Source: Octopus bimaculoides | Taxonomy: Eukaryota | Length of the DNA: 42,571 bases | Direction: 5' to 3' | NCBI RefSeq assembly: GCF_001194135.2 | Contig: NC_068998.1 | Span: 40,501,335-40,543,905 of the forward strand | Shown: one piece after another, positions 34,853-42,571 of the stretch | Layout of the letters: every line of letters begins with the position of its first letter | How positions within the stretch are numbered: the stretch's first letter is position 1 | Program-made: the position numbers and the translations under genes | The notes under the pieces: generated by a model | Databases searched by the model: none | What the model was told of the DNA's origin: nothing | The model's input: the letters and a program-made list of their open reading frames with translations, nothing else

Positions 34853-35384
34853 TACTTTTTATAGCAACAAATTAAGCGCATGATAAATATTAAGATAAGC
34901 ACCTGCCAATATATACAAACTGGACAATTACAAAATCTGTAAACCACAACAAAACCTATAAGACGAAAAAGAAAATTCAAAAATCCAAAACAAAAGAAAA
35001 ATCCCAAAATTCAAAAGTTCAGTATATGTATATTATTATTATCATTTTTCTATCAGTAATTAAAAACAAAACAAGGTGAACTGGTTCTTTCCAAGGCCAA
35101 GATCAGCGCTCTCATTGATCACTGGTAGTAGTAAACACATTTGACCTCTGCTCACCACAAGGGTGTGACACTTCTTTTGTCCCCTGATCGCACAGGAATG
35201 CGAAGCTCCATTGTTGGTTTCCTTCTCACCATCTGCCAAACCTATTTACAGACCTGAGGAATTTGGTCTATTCACCTAGCTGCTTCTCTTTCTCCTACTG
35301 TCTCCTCCAACACTCACATATTTATGATTATCTCAAGTACAAAAGTCGAAACTAAACAACATTTAATAATACCACACAGTAGTA

Positions 35385-35789
35385 GGAGCAAAAATGGCAT
35401 CTCAAGACGGTTACAATACCAGTGATTCTAGGAGCACTTGGAATGATAAAAAAGAAGGAACTGAAAATTATTTTAAGAATGATCCCTGGAATACCATCCA
35501 TGCAAGAAGTGCAAAAGATTGCATTAACTGATACGTCACACGGATTGAGAAGAGCATTGTCGCTGTGAATTTTCTTTCCTTTTTTGCTCTTTATTTTCTT
35601 TGATTACTTTTATATTTTATATTTTTCCTTTTTCTCTGTCTGTCTTCCCCTTTTTCTGTCACATGACTTTGTAAATAAACAATCTGGTGTGATTATCTTA
35701 ATGGCCTACAAATGTATACAGTGCTTTTCTCTGCTCTAGATGTCAGGAAGGCACTCGGCAAGAAAAGGAAACAGAATTGAAAGATGATG

Positions 35790-35820
<31 letters not shown>
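35385..35820 (+). mobile_element. R4/Dong-like LINE 3' end with UTR and (AAT)n tail
   Basis: HLKTVTIPVILGALGMIKK..IPGIPSMQEVQKIALTDTSH.LKRALSL*, then a pyrimidine-rich UTR and (AAT)n at about 35790-35820. Confidence 0.65.
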
Positions 35821-35821
<1 letters not shown>

Positions 35822-36110
35822 GGAACCCATAAGAAAACCAAGCAAAAGAACGGCGGACAGATAATCACAAATACAATAAAATAGTTGATTTAGGAGTTAC
35901 ACACACACACACACTACTATGCAATACCCCTCCAAAAACATACATGAATAAACTCATACAGTAAATACACAACAAAATGAACAAAACCCACATGTGCCAT
36001 AGAACACAAAAGAACACAACCTGCGTCACACGACACCAATCCCTTGAAACAACAAAACATAATAATAATAATAATAATAATGATAGTAGTAGTAGTAGTA
36101 GTAGTATACT

Positions 36111-36202
36111 TATTTATGTTGCGAAGTGTCGGTCCGTGACGCACGATTGAAAGCCAAAACGGTCAGACTGATGGTGAAAGACTGAGATGTTCCCTATTTA
36201 TA
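36111..36202 (-). promoter_or_regulatory. Candidate core promoter and non-coding first exon of gene B
   Basis: Minus-strand TATAAATA at 36202-36195, TCAGT initiator with its A at 36169 (33 nt downstream of the TATA start), locally CpG-rich, weak donor AA|gtatac at 36110. Motif inference only. Confidence 0.35.
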
Positions 36203-36639
36203 GGCAACAGCACTAAGTAATTTGTCGGTCCTCGTGGACTAAACAAACACCAGGTGGATATGTTTAGAAGAAGAAGAAGAAGAGGGGACGGGAATGGGAA
36301 GAATATGAGGAGAACCTGCTGCAGAACTGTAGTAACAGAAGCTATTATTATAGTTGCTGTTCTGTTCTTTATACAAACAAAATACTAAGTCGTATGTTTG
36401 TATTTAAAAGAATCACTATATGCATCTGTATTATGAAACAGTAAGCAAAAAAGAAAAGAAAAGAAAGAGACAAAAAATTTTGCAGATTTGCTTATTTTCA
36501 CAATGAAAGTGTTGGTTGGCGGTACAGTTTGCTTTTTTAATTTTTATTTACAAAGTTATTGCGTTGTAAACACGTGCTGGAACAAAATTAAAAGTAACAG
36601 ATGAAATATATCGATCAATTATTGATATTATTATGAAAC

Positions 36640-36680
<41 letters not shown>

Positions 36681-37404
36681 TCTTTCAAATTGTTTTTCTC
36701 CTGGATCAACCAAGGCCAATAATACAAGAATCAGATGCCTGCAGTATTGTTTTTTTGTATGTGAACGCGCTCCATGCATTCAGTCAATGCAGTGTAGGGT
36801 GAGACCCTACCTATAACGTGTTATGTGCAAAACAATGTTATAGCTCGAAGTGTATGTGCTTGCATGTGACACTTTGGTCCTTGCTCGTCGTCTTTTCTAT
36901 TTCGTGCCCTGCCGAGTTCAACTTTGCCATTCATCTTTTCATGTTAATAAAATAAAGTATCAGTCGAGCACAGGGAGTCGACAAAATAAAGTATCAATCA
37001 AGTATTCTAGTCGATAAAGTAATATATTACCCTGTGATGAAAATCTACCAACTTGCTCTCATATACTTACTACTTATTATATGGTCCTATGCGCCTTTAA
37101 CGACATTCTGGTGATCGAGAACATAGTGTCGGCAAAGGAGGTCATAAGCCACCTGTTATGTATTCTTTTGTTCTTGATGGGATAATAAACAACTCACTGA
37201 AGGCATTATTATGTTTCTCCGTGTTTACTTTATTTGACATGTTTACAAACAGTGACTATGGCAGAGTGATACACGCTGTGCGTATCTGCCTTAAACACAG
37301 TTCATACTGCTTAGTAGATGCGCTTAACAAAATAGTACTACTAGTGAAGATGTATTCATATATACGTATACCTACGCATGCACATAGATATGAACATATA
37401 ACAC

Positions 37405-40045
37405 CACCTAAAGAGTTTTGGGCTAACCGCCAAGCCACTAGAGGCGATGGAGGGAGGAGCTGCACTGGGACTCAAGCTACGGAGAGACAAGGCTGGCGCG
37501 TTGGTATTTCGGAGAGGGAATGAGATCCCAAAACTGGGCATGAGGACGAGTAGGCGAGAACTATTTTCTGCCTGTGGGAAGCTGTTGGGACACTACTCGA
37601 TTGCAGTATGGCTCCAGACAGCATGCAGCTTCATCAAGAGGCGAGCTGAAGGAGTGCGGTGAAGTGACAAAGTGGGAGAGAAGACAACTGCCAAGATGCA
37701 AGAAATCTTGGGGAGAGTGACTGCGGAGGATCCAGTAAGAGGAAGCTGGTATGTGCCCAGATTGAAGAATGGGATCGTGTGGTGCGATGCTAGCAGCATA
37801 GTGACAGGAGTTATCCTTGAAATTGGAGGTGTCGTGGTGGAGAATGCAGCCTGACTCAGGAAGACGGATGACTGCAATTACATCAACGTAGCAAAGTTGG
37901 ATGCCATGTTGAAGGTGGTGAACCAGACCCTGAGGTGAGGTCTGCGTACCATCGAGATTCGGACCGATTCGGCCACAGTACTACTTAGATGGGTGGAGCC
38001 AGTGGTCACTGGCGACCGGAGGGGGAGAACCAAAGAGGGTGCAGAGATGCTGATAAGACGCCGTTTCTGGGCGAGCTAACTGCCAAGTTCGATCTGAGGC
38101 TGAGTGTTGTTTTTGTACCCTCTAAGAGGAACAGAATGGACGTCCTGACCAGAGTAAAGAAAACCTGGTTGCAGTGTGTTGGAGCTGAGGAGACTGCATA
38201 CCATGCATCACATGGAGGTGGACAGGACCCTTTTCCTAGTCAGGAAAGTTGACTGACGTGACCAGACAGAGTGTGCAGAAAGTGGCTGGGAGCTGCGACA
38301 GGGGCCAGTCCATAGACCCCACTCCGGGTGTGCATGAAGCAGGAAGCATTCCAGTGGAACACAACTGGAAACGACTCACAGTGGACGTGACACACTACCG
38401 GCAGGTGACATACCTCTGATGGTCGACTGCAGACCGGGGTGATTGGCTCTATGGAGGGAGATGAAGATGGGGACCGCAGAGGAAATCACAAGAATACTAA
38501 ACAAGATATTCCTAGAATGAGGCCCCATGGATGAACTGCTTGTGGGCAATGGTACTACGTTTCGCTCGGAGGTGGTGAGAGAAATGCTCGACAAGTGGTA
38601 TGTTAGCTGCTTCCTCGGGGAGGCATACCGGCCAAGTGGCAATGGGGTTGTGGAGAGGCATCATCGTACCATCAAGACTATGGCAGAGAGGTTCCACATC
38701 TTACCGATCAAGGCCGTTTTTTGGCGGGGAGGGGTATAATATGTCGTCCAGGTCGGGACAGGCTGAGGAGTCAGTTCCACTCCGAACAATATTCAAATAC
38801 GAGTGGAGACATCCATGTACTGCATTTCCGCAACCTGCAGGTCGGGGAAGAAGTTTAGGTTAAACCCCCAAATGTGTGGTGCACATCACAATGGGGAAAA
38901 GGGACAATNNNNNNNNNNNNNNNNNNNNNNNNNNNNNNNNNNNNNNNNNNNNNNNNNNNNNNNNNNNNNNNNNNNNNNNNNNNNNNNNNNNNNNNNNNNN
39001 NNNNNNNNNNNNNNNNNNNNNNNNNNNNNNNNNNNNNNNNNNNNNNNNNNNNNNNNNNNNNNNNNNNNNNNNNNNNNNNNNNNNNNNNNNNNNNNNNNNN
39101 NNNNNNNNNNNNNNNNNNNNNNNNNNNNNNNNNNNNNNNNNNNNNNNNNNNNNNNNNNNNNNNNNNNNNNNNNNNNNNNNNNNNNNNNNNNNNNNNNNNN
39201 NNNNNNNNNNNNNNNNNNNNNNNNNNNNNNNNNNNNNNNNNNNNNNNNNNNNNNNNNNNNNNNNNNNNNNNNNNNNNNNNNNNNNNNNNNNNNNNNNNNN
39301 NNNNNNNNNNNNNNNNNNNNNNNNNNNNNNNNNNNNNNNNNNNNNNNNNNNNNNNNNNNNNNNNNNNNNNNNNNNNNNNNNNNNNNNNNNNNNNNNNNNN
39401 NNNNNNNNNNNNNNNNNNNNNNNNNNNNNNNNNNNNNNNNNNNNNNNNNNNNNNNNNNNNNNNNNNNNNNNNNNNNNNNNNNNNNNNNNNNNNNNNNNNN
39501 NNNNNNNNNNNNNNNNNNNNNNNNNNNNNNNNNNNNNNNNNNNNNNNNNNNNNNNNNNNNNNNNNNNNNNNNNNNNNNNNNNNNNNNNNNNNNNNNNNNN
39601 NNNNNNNNNNNNNNNNNNNNNNNNNNNNNNNNNNNNNNNNNNNNNNNNNNNNNNNNNNNNNNNNNNNNNNNNNACTGGTTGACTGATAACAAGACAAGTT
39701 AAGGTATATGGTCAGAGTTGAGGAGAGGGTGTGCGTAGGTTGGTTGAATGATCTTCAGATCAATGGGGGGGGGTGTTGGAGGAAATGACCGGAAGTGAAG
39801 GTGTACGCAGGTCCTGTCGGAAGTGGAGCCTGCGGTTGCACCGGATGGGCGGCAGTGGACATGCGACGTCTGTGAAGCGTGCATGGCGGTTCCCAGTTCA
39901 CATCGTACGATAGCAGACGTGTTGGACGGTTCAGCAGTAGACAGACCACGTGAACGTTGTGAGTGACCCCTTCTAGGTAGTCAGGTAAGACCTCCGTAAT
40001 TCTCTTCTGCTTTTTTCTGTTTGTCTTTTCCTCCTTCACATCACA
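37405..40045 (+). mobile_element. 5'-truncated, decayed Ty3/Gypsy LTR retrotransposon (RT thumb, RNase H, integrase, PPT, 3' LTR)
   Basis: RNase H VWCDASS..G..YINVAKLDAM; integrase zinc region MHH..DRTLFL..SCDRGQSIDP; core VDVTHY, DELLVGNGTTFRS, AYRPSGNGVVERHHRTIK. The RT-RH-IN order excludes Copia. Multiple stops and frameshifts; 765-N gap inside. Confidence 0.85.
39774..40045 (+). repeat. 3' LTR (TG...CA, ~270 bp) preceded by a polypurine tract
   Basis: G9 at 39765-39773 is immediately followed by TGTTGG. The LTR ends in CA at 40040 or 40045. No second LTR is visible in the window. Confidence 0.6.
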
Positions 40046-40187
40046 TAGAGTTAGCGCCAAAGATTATCTGACTATTTTGGCTGATTTTCTCAATCCTGTA
40101 GTGCAAACACTGTTCCCTGGTTATAGACTATGTTCCAGTTATAGACAATGTTCCAGTTCACTTGAACTAGGCCCTACAGTCACCGGA

Positions 40188-40218
<31 letters not shown>

Positions 40219-42026
40219 TGCATACATAAATTAAATGACAAGGGAACAGGAATTGTCGTTTATTTGATTTCGTATTACGTTCTGTACTTGCCTAACGTTT
40301 TATTCTGAAGCGCATGTATATTGAGTCTAACACTAGGTTATTAGTATTGCTGTGGTCGTGTGGTTATTAATATCTTTTTGTAACTACGTAGTTTCAAGTT
40401 CGTTCAACTCAACATCATTGTTACAGACATTTAGTTAACATATTCAGCTAGGATTGTTGAAAATAAGACACGAAACAAATGACGTTATGGCATGACAAAT
40501 GATGTACAACTGTAAGAGATAAATGACGTGTAACAAGACAATGTATGAAAAGGGAAAAAGACGTACAACAAAACAAGTAACGTATGACAAGACAAATAAC
40601 GTATAACCAGACATATGACATCGTTTATTAAATCAATATACAACATATTACTGGTACTTATTTGTAATATAATGTAATATATGACCTAACTATAGATATG
40701 GATGTTTTCTGTTTGGCCCTCACTTTTTGAAATTTCAAGATTCAGTGAAAATTTTCGAATTTGGTATATTGATGTAATTTTTCACAAAACTACATCAATA
40801 TACCAAATTTTAAATAAATTGGAACAAAATTAAAGGAACTGAAAATGAAAGCTAAACAGAAAAGATACGACGTTCTCTCATGTTTTTTGTTTTTTTTTAT
40901 AATTGATATGCTCGTATTTTTACTGGATTATTGATTATATTGCAAGTGTTGACCTTGTGTTTTTCTAAGCTTTAATATCGCTAACAGGAGTTTAGAATGT
41001 GTTGCGCCATCTACTTATATAGTTTTGTTTTGTTTTTTTCGTTTAATATGTCAGTCTTATAGGTGTCTCTAATGGATGCCAGAATGCAATTTCAGCAACT
41101 CCACGTGCAGACAGCTTAACAGCAAATGTTCTGCATTTGAGCTTGTGTACATAACGAAGGTAACTTCTATAGATGGTAGCGAAAATAAATGCATTGAAAT
41201 AGCTAAAAATATCTATAAAAAAAACAAAAAAAACAGACGTACAAAGTAGACAAATTGATTTATATCTAGAGACAGAATCATATCAAATCCACCTCTGTCT
41301 CAATAATTCTGAAATTTCCATCTTAAAGATACATATACACGTGCATGCACTCACATACATACATACATACGCACGCATGTGTGTGCGCGCGCGCGCATAT
41401 ATATATATATCTTCGAAACGTCGAGTTAGAATAGAAGCAGCTGATGAATAATTCCAAGTGGCTTTCTGTTTTCCTGTGTGTTCGTTCCGTTGTCTGTAGT
41501 TCATTGTTCTAACGTCCTGTACCCTGATATGCATCTATATACAGATGTAGATGAAAGTATATACATATATGTGTGTATACATGCATATATATTTTTTGTA
41601 TTNNNNNNNNNNNNNNNNNNNNNNNNNNNNNNNNNNNNNNNNNNNNNNNNNNNNNNNNNNNNNNNNNNNNNNNNNNNNNNNNNNNNNNNNNNNNNNNNNN
41701 NNNNNNNNNNNNNNNNNNNNNNNNNNNNNNNNNNNNNNNNNNNNNNNNNNNNNNNNNNNNNNNNNNNNNNNNNNNNNNNNNNNNNNNNNNNNNNNNNNNN
41801 NNNNNNNNNNNNNNNNNNNNNNNNNNNNNNNNNNNNNNNNNNNNNNNNNNNNNNNNNNNNNNNNNNNNNNNNNNNNNNNNNNNNNNNNNNNNNNNNNNNN
41901 NNNNNNNNNNNNNNNNNNNNNNNNNNNNNNNNNNNNNNNNNNNNNNNNNNNNNNNNNNNNNNNNNNNNNNNNNNNNNNNNNNNNNNNNNNNNNNNNNNNN
42001 NNNNNNNNNNNNNNNNNNNNNNNNNN

Positions 42027-42322
42027 TGAAAGTCAGAGAGTGCTAAGTCTGGCTAATAAGGTGGAGGAGGAACAAGTTTGTATGCACAATCACGAATTGT
42101 TGCCATGGCAACCACTGAGGTGCGGGCTGGAGCATTGTCGTGATGAAAAAGGACTCCTCTGGTGAGCATTCCCAGCCTTTTTTCGTTGATTGCTTCTCGG
42201 AGGCATTTCAGTAGCTGGGAATAATACAGCCCTGTCACGGTGTGACCCTTTTCAAGGTAATCGATCAGCAAGACACCTTGAGAATCCCAAAAAACGGACG
42301 CCATGACCTTGCCAGCTAAAGG
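42027..42322 (-). mobile_element. Mariner transposase catalytic-domain fragment
   Basis: AGKVMASVFWDSQGVLLIDYLEKG..LFHHDNAPARTS..LVPPPPYSPDLALSDF, bounded by a gap and a microsatellite. Confidence 0.9.
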
Positions 42323-42522
42323 AATGTGTGTGTGTGTGTATATATATGTATGTATGTATGTATATATGTATGTATGTATATATGTATGTATGTATGTATA
42401 TATATATGTATGTATGTATGTATATATATATATATGTATGTATGTATATATATGTATGTATGTATATATATGTGTGTGTGAATATATATATATACACACA
42501 CGTATGTATGTATATATATATA

Positions 42523-42565
<43 letters not shown>

Positions 42566-42571
42566 ATGTGT

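Noticed and set aside
31279-41570. Shared ~60-bp block at 31279-31340 and 41511-41570 (gtcctgtacc..gatatgcatctatat..atgtagatg)
   Set aside because: Most likely two copies of an unclassified dispersed repeat grading into TA microsatellite; too little sequence to classify.
5597-42165. Long ORFs in the track composed of X runs or YI/TH/CV dipeptide repeats
   Set aside because: They are artefacts of N-gaps and TA/CA microsatellites, with no coding signal.
1-42571. Prokaryotic systems (CRISPR arrays, operons, defence islands)
   Set aside because: The sequence is clearly eukaryotic with spliceosomal introns, and no repeat-spacer arrays are present.

Overview
AT-rich, microsatellite-dense animal genomic DNA with nine N-gaps (5703-5975, 8193-8292, 18306-19102, 20886-21546, 28683-28938, 29937-30234, 32459-32675, 38909-39673, 41603-42026). 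Repeat content and assembly style suggest an octopus or other coleoid cephalopod (inference). The window holds two complete, convergent (tail-to-tail), intron-rich GH18 chitinase paralogues, reconstructed by hand from splice sites and reading frame. Gene A (+ strand, 167-13935) has 9 coding exons, encodes 389 aa (signal peptide plus catalytic domain) and has no chitin-binding domain. Gene B (- strand, 33584-16149) has 11 coding exons and encodes 471 aa (signal peptide, catalytic domain, Ser/Thr/Pro linker, C-terminal CBM14). Both keep FDGLDIDWEYP and share the position and phase of the first eight coding introns. Introns and flanks contain three mariner remnants (one full length with TIRs), an RTE LINE nested in a mariner, Tx1/L1-, R4/Dong- and Penelope-like fragments, a 5'-truncated Gypsy element with its 3' LTR, many SINEs and two near-perfect foldback elements. 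I found no clearly new biological system. The best leads are a 17-nt frame-setting microexon that could switch the chitin-binding domain on or off, a 9-bp-TSD foldback element with telomere repeats in chromosome-end orientation, a ~125-bp-stem intronic hairpin, and shared non-canonical active-site residues.
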